Translations under genes and position numbers: made by a program | Assembly: GCA_950097015.1 (NCBI GenBank) | Contig: CATNEN010000007.1 | Span: forward strand, 9,548,001 to 9,612,000 | Reading direction: 5' to 3' | DNA length: 64,000 nt | Origin: Macrostomum hystrix | Taxonomy: Eukaryota > Animalia > Platyhelminthes | Shown: in pieces, positions 12,704 to 24,488 of the stretch | Position numbering within the stretch: position 1 is the first letter of the stretch | Layout: each line of letters starts with the position of its first letter | The notes under the pieces: generated by a model | What the model was told of the DNA's origin: nothing | The model's database searches: none | The model's input: only the letters and a program-made list of their open reading frames with translations

Positions 12704-13227
12704 ATGCGCCCAGTCGGTTTCCAGCTACTCATTGTGGCCTGCTGCCTCCTGACCATCGGCGCCTCGTATCGCTTCAACAAGATCCCGGAGGTGTTCAAAG
12801 ACTTGCAGAGGCTAAAAAGCATGACTAAGCAGGGTAAGATGAAAGCCGCAGACTGTCCAGCCTCATTTGTTGATGTGGTTCGCTCATGAACCGCTTGTTC
12901 CGCTAAATCCGGCTCCGTTCGTTCCTTGGTTGTTTAGGAAGTTCACAATGCTACTCTTCAGAATCCGTGACTGTTTGTCTCTCTCGGTTATCACTCCTCT
13001 CGTGTAAAGGAAGACTACTTAGAGTAGTATTCGCTAATTAGGAAAGAAGCGACTCGCTGCTGATTCCTGATTTCAATTCCCTCGCAGAGGCCACAAAGAT
13101 GCTGATGGACGAAGTGTGCACCGACTGGTGCCGCAGCCGCTACCCAAACGACCCTGTGTGCGTCGGCGTCTACACCACCCCCTACTTCCTCCGGCCCAGC
13201 TGCTTCTGCGTTGCCTGCGGCTACTGA
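12704..13227 (+). CDS. Small secreted cysteine-rich peptide (89 aa), defensin/macin-like Cys pattern
   Basis: Exon 12704-12833 (signal-like MRPVGFQLLIVACCLLTIGA, donor G|gtaag) joins in phase to exon 13088-13227 (acceptor ttccctcgcag), encoding EATKMLMDEVCTDWCRSRYPNDPVCVGVYTTPYFLRPSCFCVACGY*. Confidence 0.72.
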
Positions 13228-13547
13228 GGGGCGCCCGCCGGCCGTTGCTGGGCTGTTGCTGTGGATGCTCTAACTCTTGCCGATGCTTCATTTATTTGAT
13301 TTTTATTTGCCAAGCAACTGGGATTTGACAGTGGGGCTCTGTCTGATTGTTTGGAAACAAAAATTTTCCACCCTGCTTTACTGCGCAAACTTCTGATTCT
13401 GTTTAACACAAAAGCAGACAGTCGAGCCAATGGCTTGCAGGCAACTACTCTGGCCTGCCAGACACAGTCTTTCTTCCTGATTTCACCTGCTTGATTAAAG
13501 CCTTGATGTGTCCTAGAGTGACCGTAATACTGATATATAGTATTTAA

Positions 13548-14000
13548 TACATACTGACAGTGAGCACATGATAACAGTGAGCACATACTGATAGTGAGCA
13601 CATACTGACAGTGAGCACATGCTGACAGTGAGCACATACTGACAGTGAGCACATACTGACAGTGAGCACATACTGACAGTGAGCACATACTGATAGTGAG
13701 CACATACTGATAGTGAGCACATACTGACAGTGAGCACATACTGACAGTGAGCACATACTGACAGTGAGCACATACTGACAGTGAGCACATGCTGACAGTG
13801 AGCACATACTGACAGTGAGCACATGCTGACAGTGAGCACATACTGACAGTGAGCACATACTGACAGTGAGCACATACTGACAGTGAGCACATACTGACAG
13901 TGAGCACATGCTGACAGTGAGCACATACTGACAGTGAGCACATACTGACAGTGAGCACATACTGACAGTGAGCACATGCTGACAGTGAGCACATACTGAC
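13548..14000. repeat. Minisatellite, 17-bp unit (cacatactgacagtgag), ~26 copies
   Basis: Direct tandem array. Confidence 0.97.
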
Positions 14001-14519
14001 AATCACCAGTGTCATTAGGGCCCTCTTGCTAGATTTAGTTTACGGAAAATGCGTTTCAAAAGCTACTGCCAGTAGTGAGTTATGCTTTTGGTTTCCAAGC
14101 TGTTAAGTTTTGAAGTCTTTTCGGCCTTCTCAGACTTCTTTCGATCAATGATGGTCCTGGGTACAAGGCAAGGCGCTGCTCTCACTGTGCCAGCCGCGAT
14201 TTGAATAATTAACCACTTGGCTGATACTTGGCTACCTATTATGGGATATTTATCCCACTAGCTTGAGCACAAGCTAGCTTTCGGCTAATGTACTTTTGTT
14301 TGGTATTCGAGTTCTCTAAAACTCAGTCTATTTCTTTCTCAGCGCACAACTAATGGCAAAATTTTGAGGCCTCGTGGAATGAAACAAAGACTGGCATAAT
14401 TCCTCAGGGAAATGCGTCCTATTGGATTAATAAATGATGCTCTCACGGTCCGGTCCGTGCGTGACGTTGGCTTTTCTTACCTCCGTGTTAAATGATCTTA
14501 AGTGATCGCAGGCCAGGTA

Positions 14520-14790
14520 TAATAATATTATTATTTGCAGGAGGGCTGCGGGCAGTGGCAGATCATTCGGTGACACTAGACCCGCAGCCAGCGAGGAGGC
14601 AATTCTGCCCATTTCGCTGACTCCTGAGCACACACGCACATAGATACTGTACGCAGGCATACGCTCACGCAGGTGTGTACATCCGCCCTGACTTTCTCAT
14701 CGTCAGGCAGTGCGTCAGGCATTCTCTCCGCGGCTGCGCCCCAATTAAATGTGGCCTCGATGCGGATTCGAGCTCAGGGACCTTGAGTCA
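14520..14790 (-). mobile_element. SINE family A, partial and internally deleted
   Basis: Reverse complement matches 21827-22146 (ctgacgatgagaaagtcagggc...gctcaggagtcagcgaaatgggcagaattgcctc); ends in a taat-rich tail. Confidence 0.8.
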
Positions 14791-15266
14791 GGCAAAATGA
14801 AATCGGAAAACAATTGCAACCGCAGCAAAATTCCGCTAACGAGCTGCCAGTCAGGACCCCCTCACGAATCACTCAGTCCCGGCTGCTTTCGTTATTTTCT
14901 CAATGGCGAGCGAGACTGATTGGGGGCTTCGAATTGAGGCCGAAGAGGAGGCTGGCAGTTTAGTTTAATGTCCGAATATTTCAGGAATAATTCGTATTAT
15001 AAATGCTTCGAATTGAAAAAAGCGATAACTTGCTCACAATCAACTCTAAAACTGACAAACCGACAGCATTCGAGCCATGCTTTTAGTAGGACTATTGCAT
15101 CATTGCATGTTGGTTTCTGTAAGTTATAGCCCCAGTTGTTAGTTTATTTCACAAGCAAAACATTAGTAGAGTTCCTTCAGAAGCAGCAGCAGCTGCGGTT
15201 TTGGAGGCAGCAGCGTCAGAGGCAGCAGCTCTCCTAATAGTGCTGGAGCCGCTCGAAGGCGCCCGT

Positions 15267-17762
15267 CTAGCCGGGCCTCGAGCCCGCCTGCTCCACCCGC
15301 AGCCGGATGCCCGCCTCCATCTTGCCGGCGATGTAGCGGAACACGGCCAGCCAGGCGCGGTCCACCGCCCTGCTGTGGCTGGCACCCAGTCGGTCCTGCA
15401 GTGCGAAGCTGATGGCCGGCCACAGCCTCTGGTGTTCCGGGGGCAGAGTTTTTTATCTCACTTTAGTACAGCCAACAGAGAAGCCAATCGCATTAAGTGG
15501 GTCAAATCGGGTCAATCAGAATCTGTGTGGGTCAAGTCGGGTCAATCAGAATCTGTGTGGGTCAAGTCGGGTCAATCAGAATCTTTGCGGGTCAAGTCGG
15601 GTCAATCAGAATCTGTGTGGGTCAAGTCGGGTCAATCAGAATCTGTGTGGGTCAAGTCGAGTCAATCAGAATCTGTGTGGGTCAAGTCGAGTCAATCAGA
15701 ATCTGTGTGGGTCAAGTCGGGTCAATCAGAATCTGTGTGGGTCAAGTCGGGTCAATCAGAATCTGTGTGGGTCAAGTCGAGTCAATCAAAATCTGTGTGG
15801 GTCAAGTCGAGTCAATCAGAATCTGTGTGGGTCAAGTCGGGTCAATCAGAATCTGTGTGGGTCAAGTCGGGTCAATCAGAATCTGTGTGGGTCAAGTCGG
15901 GTCAATCAGAATCTGTGTGGGTCAAGTCGAGTCAATCAAAATCTGTGTGGGTCAAGTCGGGTCAATCAGAATCTGTGTGGGTCAAGTCGGGTCAATCAGA
16001 ATCTGTGTGGGTCAAGTCGAGTCAATCAGAATCTGTGTGGGTCAAGTCGGGTCAATCAAAATCTGTGTGGGTCAAGTCGGGTCAATCAGATGGTTGGACT
16101 AATGGCCGCAGGAATATGTGAGGCATTTGCTGGATTCCTCTGTGTCAGCGAAAGAAGCGCAGACAGTTGGGCCAGCACGAGCCATTCAGCTCATAAATAT
16201 TTAGGATTTGAAAGTTCCCCCCAGAGAAATCACAGCCCACCGCCTGGCTGGACCTCGGTGGACAAGACCCAGTGAGGCCCAGGGCACCCCGGGCTAAGCA
16301 TCGATTGCAGCTTCTTTCTGCAGCCTTCTCAGCTGGTGTTGGGGCATTGTGCGCAGTCCCTGACAGACCATGAGGTGCTCGGGCCGCACACTAAACGCCC
16401 AGTGCGCCTGGCCCAGCGCCAGCAGCACGGAGTTCAGCATCAGCGCATCGTCCAGACAGTCGACAGCCGCGCCCAGCGCCTGCATCACCGCCAGGCCGTG
16501 GCGCTCGAGCTTGCGAGCGTCGAACTGCGCGCGCCCGTCCTCGCCGGCCGCTTCGCGGCTGTCCGCTTCGCCGTCCAGCCGCATCAGCCTGCAGAACAAG
16601 CTGCGCAGATCCGCGTCCGTCTGGAACAGCCTTTGGGATCGGAAATGAGGGGATTTAACAAAGGGGATCTGAAGAGTGGGAAGATTCAGCTAAGGGGATC
16701 TGAAGAGTGGGAAGATTCAGCTAAGGAGATCTGAATTGTGGGAAGATTCAGCTAAGGAGATCTGAATTGTGGGAAGATTCAGCTAAGGGGATCTGAAGAG
16801 TGGGAAGATTCAGCTAAGGAGATCTGAATTGTGGGAAGACTCAGCTAAGGGGAACTGAATTGTGGGAAGATTCAGCTAAGGGGAACTGAAGAGTGGGAAG
16901 ACTCAGCTAAGGAGATCTGAATTGTGGGAAGATTCAGCTAAGGAGATCTGAATTGTGGGAAGACTCAGCTAAGGGGATCTGAAGAGTGGGAAGATTCAGC
17001 TAAGGGGATCTGAAGAGTGGGAAGATTCAGCTAAGGGGATCTGAAGAGTGGGAAATTTTAGTTAATCGGATCGTTGACTTTTTCTGATGAAATGAATCAT
17101 AATTATAATTTATGCTGAAATTTCGTACAGCGCAGCTTGTTTGCCGAAATCTCATTCGATATCTGCCTGACTCTAGTCTAAGTGACACCTGCAAAAGTCT
17201 CGCCGGCTGCGGGGCATTTGAAGGCTGCCTCCCCATTTGCGTCATTAATTATCTAGATCGCCTGAGAAGTAGGCCCGCATCTCTGCAGCCCTTTTAGGGG
17301 AAATAATTTCAGGAGAAACGTTCACTAATCCCTCGCCTTCTCTTCCACGCCGCCTACGGCTCTCTTTGACAATGTCTGGCGGCCCCGCGGCTGCGTCGCA
17401 GATTGGGCTAAACTGAGATTTGAGGGCCAATGAAATCAGATTCTGACAATCACCGAGTTGAAGCGCCTCACCTGCCTTAAGGAGCTGAATACCTTAATCT
17501 GCGAGATTAATTACACCTAGCTTCAGGCACTGAAGGCTTAATTTATCAATTTTTCGGGCCAGTTATTAAAACTTCGCGGCCCCTCAAACCTGTTGAATAT
17601 GGCGGCTCCAGTTCCGGGCATATCAGCGCTCAGCAGCTGCCAGGTTTCGCGCACCAGTGCCACCTGCACCGGGGTCAGGTGATTGCCAATCTGGTCATTC
17701 AGGCTGCGCTCCACTGACCGCGGCGGAGGCGAGGAACCGGGCGTCGAGAAGCCGCAGCCCAT
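15267..17762 (-). CDS. Globin with N-terminal acylation motif (globin X-like), 198 aa
   Basis: Exons 17762-17590, 16630-16369, 15428-15267 in phase. LTPVQVALVRETW (A helix), LRSLF (CD1 Phe), LERHGLAVM (E7 His), LGQAH (F8 His), AWLAVFRYIAGKM (H helix); N-terminus MGCGFS. Confidence 0.92.
15495..16090. repeat. Intronic minisatellite, 30-bp unit (gggtcaagtcgggtcaatcagaatctgtgt), ~20 copies
   Basis: Tandem array in globin intron 2. Confidence 0.97.
16660..17055. repeat. Intronic minisatellite, 31-bp unit (gggaagattcagctaaggggatctgaagagt), ~12-13 copies
   Basis: Tandem array in globin intron 1. Confidence 0.96.
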
Positions 17763-18679
17763 GCTGCTCTGTGTGGACTGGATGGCCGGTGGGGATCGAC
17801 CGAGAAATCAGAACTGTCGATGGCAGTTCGGCGTGAAGGGAGCTGGTTCTCAACTTTATTTAACAGCCCGATGTCCAGTTCTGATTGGTCAATCGGAAGT
17901 GAGCCAATAGCAAAGAGCTCATAGCTTTCCGTCAGTTCGGCCAAGGTGGACATGACGAAAGTGACGTTTGAAACATAACGACGGATGGATTAGGACGCCC
18001 GCTCCCCTGACCCTGAGCACACACACGCAAGGGAGATGCACCTCTGCCCCCCTGACGCACAATCCTATTGTCCATCAATAAGAGTGTTGCACATCAAGCA
18101 CCGGGCCTTCTCTTCACGACCCCCGCGCCTGCGTCTCAAAAGGAATTTATTAACAGTCCGAAATCGGGCAGCCAGGCTAAAGAGAGAACTCGGCTGAAAT
18201 ATAGGGAAGTAGATGTGAAAGACGAGCTAACAGGAAACAAAGAACACACAGAGGAGGCGGGCAGATGCAGAACAGGAAATGACGGACAGTGAGCTCAGCA
18301 AAAGACTCCCAACGTAGGCCAAATAATTGAAATAAGTCAGCTCAGGTAGATTAGTTATCAGGTGTATACACCGATACATCCTACAACTCGTAGAAGAGTT
18401 GTGCTTGTTCTGAGAGCTGATTAAAATATGAATTTACATAAGGCTCGGCAAAATGCGCCGAATTCTTTGTTACGAGGCTTCAAATGTACTTTGTGACGGT
18501 CGGGTTGGCCGTAGGAGGAGTTGGGATAAAAAAATATCCGCTGATTTCACTTCTTTCGAATAACAAAATACAATTGCAACATTTGGTGCGTACATTTTCA
18601 GTTGAGAAAAACAGAAATAGTTAGTTGATGAGAAAAGCAATTTTCAGGCCTGAGTTGCCCGCCTCATACGCCTCACTCG

Positions 18680-21453
18680 TTATTCTCCCGGACCATTCGC
18701 GTACAGGGGCTCGCTCTCCGCCTTCCTGGACTTAATAAGCTGCGTCCTGGCCATTTCCTTCGTTTTGCTCATTGCCACCGCATGCTCGGCGGCCTCCGCC
18801 CACTTGATTGAGTAGTCTATGGGGTTTGTGCAGGTGCCGCCGCGCTCCGGGTACACGTGCGACATCAGCATCTGCGTGGGAGGAGTGGCGGTTGTGAAAC
18901 GTGTCGAGTTTTCAACTCCGAGACAATGAGAGTCTTGACGTTGAGAAAGTTAGAACAAATAAAGGGCGGCGACTCTGAGATTTTGCGCATTTATCCGTGA
19001 GCCTATGATGGCTCAATGGCTAATGAAATGTCCTGAACGAAGCAAAGTCTAAGTCAGCTACCTCCATGCGATCATTCTTCGGCTCCAAGCTGCCCCACTG
19101 CTGGCGCTTCTGCACCGCCTTCCATGGCGTCGACTCGACCGTTCTGTTCTTCGTCTTACGGTAAGGCGCCCGAAGAGAAATCTCGCCGAACATTCGCTGG
19201 CTCGCGCCGGTGCGCTGGTAGTTGAAGTACAAATCCGTGTTGTCCGGGGTGGTCTCCTTCAGAAACATGGACACCACGGCTGAAGTCCCGTACGGCTTGC
19301 GGTTCTTGTAGGGTGGGAAGAGCATGCTCATCATCTTATCGCACTGGTCAATTGCAGAGTAGCTGGGACCACGGATGTCCACAATGAGATACTTCAGCCA
19401 GCGGTAGCTCCCCATGCGGCGGTTCAGAATGCGGCGAGTCACCTGAGGGGATTGATTCAGAGGTTTAAGACTGCCTGACTGTGCCCTGTCTGATTTATGT
19501 TAGTCCTTACAATTTAACTGGACAATGATGGGGACCAGTCAAACTCTGGGGAGTACTGAACTGCTAGCTGCCTCACCTCAATCTCACACAATGATGGGGA
19601 CCAGTCAAACTCAGGGGAGTACTGAACTGCTAGCTGCCTCACCTCAATCTCACACAATGATGGGGACCAGTCAAACTCAGGGGAGTACTGAACTGCTAGC
19701 TGCCTCACCTCAATCTTACACAATGATGGGGACCAGTCAAACTCAGGGGAGTACTGAACTACTAGCTGCCTCACCTCAATCTTACACAATGATGGGGACC
19801 AGTCAAACTCAGGGGAGTACTGAACTACTAGCTGCCTCACCTCAATCTCACACAATGATGGGGACCAGTCAAACTCAGGGGAGTACTGAACTGCTAGCTG
19901 CCTCACCTCAATCTCACACAATGATGGGGACCAGTCAAACTCAGGGGAGTACTGAACTGCTAGCTGCCTCACCTCAATCTTACACAATGATGGGGACCAG
20001 TCAAACTCAGGGGAGTACTGAACTACTAGCTGCCTCACCTCAATCTTACACAATGATGGGGACCAGTCAAACTCAGGGGAGTACTGAACTACTAGCTGCC
20101 TCACCTCAATCTCACACAATGATGGGGACCAGTCAAACTCAGGGGAGTACTGAACTGCTAGCTGCCTCACCTCAATCTTACACAATGATGGGGACCAGTC
20201 AAACTCAGGGGAGTACTGAACTACTAGCTGCCTCACCTCAATCTCACACTTAGTTCGACTGGCAACCGAACGGAAGCGGCCCGGATCGACCAGAAAGGCC
20301 TGGATCATTTCGTCCGACAGAAAGATGATGAACTCCTTAATGTGCACGTCTGCGAACACGCCTATGCAGCCGATGACCATGCCCTCCTTCTCGAGGTGCC
20401 CAACTGACAGCCTCCTACGTACCTCCTTAGCTTCGTCGTCTTTGACCGGGCCGCGCATAGCGTCCACATTCTCGCCATCCATGTAGCGCTTAAAGTGGCG
20501 CAGGGCGTCGTCAACCTCGACTTCCTCGCCTTCACCGCCCTCATCTTCGTATTCATCGCCGTTTCCATCGTCGTCTGAGTCGCCTTGGTGTTGGGAGGGT
20601 TCATCCTGATAGCGCGCGGCGCCATCAACCGATGAAGATTCCGAAGCGCCCTTCTGCCCCGCCTGCATGTACCGAGCAGTTTTGATGGAGCTGCCTTCGC
20701 TATCTGGACTAAGACTAAGTCCAAAACTAGTGGTAAAACTACCACTGGGTCGTGTTGCAGATCCAGCATAATCTCTACCATTATCAGGTGATCCACTGTC
20801 AGAACTAAATTTTTTGCCAGTTTTGGCTGTATAATTAGCTTGGCTGAAAGTTGTGGATTTTGTGACGGCCAAATTTGTGGCATTATCGGTGCCACGAGCC
20901 TGCGGGGAAGCTTCGTCAGAGACGCCACTTCTATCAGCCGACTCATACTCGATTGAGCCCTGCCCACCCATCCTGAAATTACAGGACAAGAGATAGAGGA
21001 CTAAATATAGGTTCTCAAAAGCTTACTCTTAGTACTCTTGTCTGATTCAAAAGCTCAATCCTGAGCATATCAAGAACCAGAGAGGCCAACTCACGCATTA
21101 GAAAAGTTGGAGTCGCTGTCCATGATGATGTTGATGTTGAGGTCAGCGGTGGCTCCAGTGGGCTGAATCTCTGTCTCGACCCGAGTGTGCTGGCCTGTCT
21201 TGGACAGGTGCACCTGAACGTCTTGGATGCTGGGCACCATGTTGCTGTTGTTGTCCGCATTGACCGCGTGCAGCATCTGCTCATAGACCCCGCCGGCCCG
21301 CATGGGCTCGTACTTGTACAGGCCATCGAAGACGCGGCAGCTAGATTCCAACCCGCTCTTACTGCTGCTGCCTCTGTCGTCGCTGCTGCTGCAACTGCTG
21401 GAGCTGCTGCTGCTGCTACCGCTGTTCATGCCTTTCTTCTTCTTTTCCTGCAT
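18680..21453 (-). CDS. Uncharacterised protein with Ser-rich/acidic N-terminal half and a degenerate KH-like domain
   Basis: Exons 21453-21095, 20972-20237, 19442-19062, 18871-18680, all GT-AG and phase-compatible. Joined sequence IFLSDEMIQAFLVDPGRFRSVASRTKCEIE|VTRR...LIVDIRGPSYSAIDQCDKMM follows KH hydrophobic spacing but lacks GxxG. Confidence 0.75.
19523..20249 (-). repeat. 66-bp tandem repeat, 11 copies, each spanning the exon 3' end and 5' splice donor (GAG|gtgagg)
   Basis: Unit translates stop-free as C[E/K]IEVRQL[V/A]VQYSPEFDWSPSL; the first copy contains the exon end at 20237. Confidence 0.96.
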
Positions 21454-21826
21454 TTTTTAGCTGAAAGAAAAATCGATCTCGCAGTGGACCCAGCCGCCCT
21501 GGCTTAGCTCGGCTATGCTGCTTCCATAGCAGCAAAATGACCGAAATTCATTTTGGCCATAGACTGTTCCCCTGCCTCAATTAGAAAGAACAAGGCAATA
21601 GGGCCACTAGGCCAGGCAATACCGAATATTTGCGAACTAAGCTATGAAATGCGCTCGTACATGTAATAGGAGAACTGCTTGTATGAATAGACAATTTTCT
21701 TATTTAGTTTCTATAGTTTGCGGAAAAAAAATTTTCGTAAGCTGATTCAATAAGTAGATTGATCAAGTAAGAGTCGGATCAGATTCGCATATTAAATAAC
21801 TGTTGATTATTTAACTGCGCTTGTGA

Positions 21827-22146
21827 GTGGGTGAGTGGCAGAGCGGTTAACGCGGTCGCCTCTCGCACCAAGGTCCTTGAGCTCAATTCCGCGGCGAGGC
21901 CACGGAGAGAAGGCTTGGGGGCTTGAAGGACAATTTACGCCCTTGAGGGCCAACCTCCAAGGCACAGTGAAGTGTACACTGCCTGACGATGAGAAAGTCA
22001 GGGCAGATGTACACACCTGTGTGAGTGTGTGCTCAGGAGTCAGCGAAATGGGCAGAATTGCCTCTTCGCTAGATGCAGATCTAGTGTCACCAAATGATAT
22101 GCGATTGCCCGCAGCCCACCGGCAATTCTAATAGTTTATATTATTA
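21827..22146 (+). mobile_element. Full-length tRNA-derived SINE (family A) with target-site duplication
   Basis: A box tggcagagcgg, B-box-like gctcaattcc, (tta)n tail; TSD ttaactg[c/t]gcttgtga at 21811-21826 and 22147-22162. Confidence 0.88.
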
Positions 22147-22266
22147 TTAACTGTGCTTGTGAAAATTGTGAAATATAGAAAAACGGACGATGACGTACGA
22201 ACGTCACCCTGACTTCAATGACGTCTAGGACATCTCGCGACCAATGGCGACATTGGTAGTGACTAT

Positions 22267-23988
22267 CAAGGACTACTAAACAACACAGGACGTTGCAATC
22301 GCGTTTTGTGCAAATTTTTCAGAAGGCTGGCTAAATGATGCTAAAAGTCTATGGCATATGCTTTATTAATATATGCACGTAGCTCAATAGGAACTTTCAG
22401 AAAATATTTTAGGAGTCAAAATGTGTATTTAAATGAACATTTTTACGAATTCTGTACCAGTTGTTTCTTATGTTTTTTAGCAGGTGCACATGCAGTGTCA
22501 AATAGAAAAAATAGCGGTTGGTTCGCGTTTATCGGATTTTGCACTATCCATGGCGTCGAATCGCCAGATTGGAACAAGCGAAAGCACCGCTGATTGGTAA
22601 AGTGGTTGTCGCAAATTAGGCTGACCACTGTGCCTCCGAATTGCTTAATGATTCCAATGAGGCGAACTACTTGATTGTGCAAAAATTCTGCCTGTAGGCT
22701 GAAGATTGGTACCAACCGGGCAACAAATGCAGATGCACCCATGAATGGTTTCACCATTATAGGCAGAACAGTTCGTGCTTTCTGGTCAGGGGCATCCTCT
22801 GCAGAGCCAATGACATGACAACCTCATGGTTGTCATGATGGTTTGACATAAACCTCGTCAAAAATGATTGAGCAGTATCGCTGGTTTTATGTATAGTGCT
22901 GAAATTGAGCCTCAATAGTCTTTATACAATCACTGTCTGATCCCACTGTGCCGAGACCTCCAAGATGTCTTCTCAATGTCGCAGGATGCGGTAGGTGTAA
23001 GGTTTTTCTGCAGACACGGTAGCTCTGACGGCTTGAAAAGTACAAACTTTCAGACATTAGAATGCCTTTAGATTCATATCTTGTGTTGGCAGACGACGTA
23101 AAACATAGCTCTACTTGCCTAGCAATGAATTCTTGGCGAATATCTTGAGAGTCTCGGCTGAGAGACTGCAGAGCACTGATGTGAGACAATGCTTCGATCG
23201 AAGAAGTAGGCTCTGCAAATTTGACCCGATTGACAATCGCTTCTAGTTGGCTAAATCTTTCCAATTTGTGCTGGAAACCAAGTAGATCGCGAATATTGAT
23301 AGGCGTGTTGCATCTGTAAGCAGAAACTGAAAAATCATTCTGCACACACACGGACTGCTGAACTTGTCGTTCTTGTACAATGAAGAAATTGACTCTGAAC
23401 TCCTCCCGCTGCGCCATCCATTCTCCACTCGAAACAAAACTGAGTGTAAAAGCAGTCAGGAGGAAATTCGCCCATGAGACGATTCTATCAGCAGCATTGA
23501 ATGTAGAGAGCTCATCAGGCGAGCGATTGCGCTCATTTATAAGAACGCCGCGCTGCTTTGAGCGCCTCAATTTTTCTGAAAGGTAATATTAGTCACGTAA
23601 TAGGTGAACAGTATAACTCAACTCATGTCAGTAGTAAGAAACCTTGTCCTAACTTACTGGACACCGTCTGACGAAAGGAACTGGCTGGAGCGCAATGAAA
23701 CACAGATGGTGGATCAATCGGACGTGTGTGATTCTTCACCTTGAGCATCCGTGCGTTCTCAGGCTAGTGCTTTTTACAAACACCCATGTACTGATAACGA
23801 ACTGAGATAGAAAAGCAGACTTAGGACAACTAAAAGTAAAAGGCTAAACTATATGCGTTCCTTTTGAGCTACGTGAATTTATTATATAATAAAGCATATG
23901 CCATAGACTTTTAGCATCAGTTAGCCAGCCTTCTGAAAAATTTGCACAAAACGCGATTGCAACGTCCTGTGTTGTTTAGTAGTCCTTG
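22267..23988 (-). mobile_element. Internally deleted P-element-superfamily DNA transposon
   Basis: ~110-130 bp TIRs starting CAAGG; exact 8-bp TSD gtgactat (22259-22266, 23989-23996); disrupted transposase pieces YRVCRKTLHLPHPATLRR, FDEVYVKP, SLICDNHFTN, FFLFD. Confidence 0.9.
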
Positions 23989-24488
23989 GTGACTATATCT
24001 ATCTTCCTTTCTCTCTTCTGAACAGGAGTAAGGACAGGAGTGGCTTGGATCGATTCTATTTAACCGGAAATTGATTTCACCGATCACCGCTATCAGTTGG
24101 AAGAAGTGCTAAACGGAAGTGAAGTAGATTTCTTTCACATTGCCATTAGTAAATTTTGTAAAGCACCTCCAAATTAAAAATTAAGCAACGCAAGGCAGGA
24201 GAAGGCTTTCTAATCTGAGAATTTCGGAAGGACAGAGCTTTAATCAGCTTCGGGGCAGATAAAATCATAATAATAATAGTAAACAAAGATAGATTCTCAA
24301 ATGGGTCATTTGTTGTTCGCAAATCACTAGCAACAATGACTTTGTTGGTTAACCGAAGTGAATTATTGTCGCTTCGCCTTACTCACTCAATCATTTGCAG
24401 ACCAAGGATATTCAGCTGCATCACCAGCTGCTATGTTTCGAATCAAATTTTCATGTATTTCGATTTGGCTCCTTCAGATGCCCTACCT

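Noticed and set aside
12938-12966. Possible middle exon of the Cys-rich peptide gene
   Set aside because: Available donors are out of phase with the last exon or create a stop
13221-16275. Long repetitive ORFs over the 17-bp and 30-bp arrays
   Set aside because: Open in several frames merely because the units lack stops; the 30-bp array is inside a globin intron
19525-20253. Plus-strand 242-aa repeat ORF (MMGTSQTQGSTELL..)
   Set aside because: Antisense reading of the 66-bp array with no flanking gene structure on that strand
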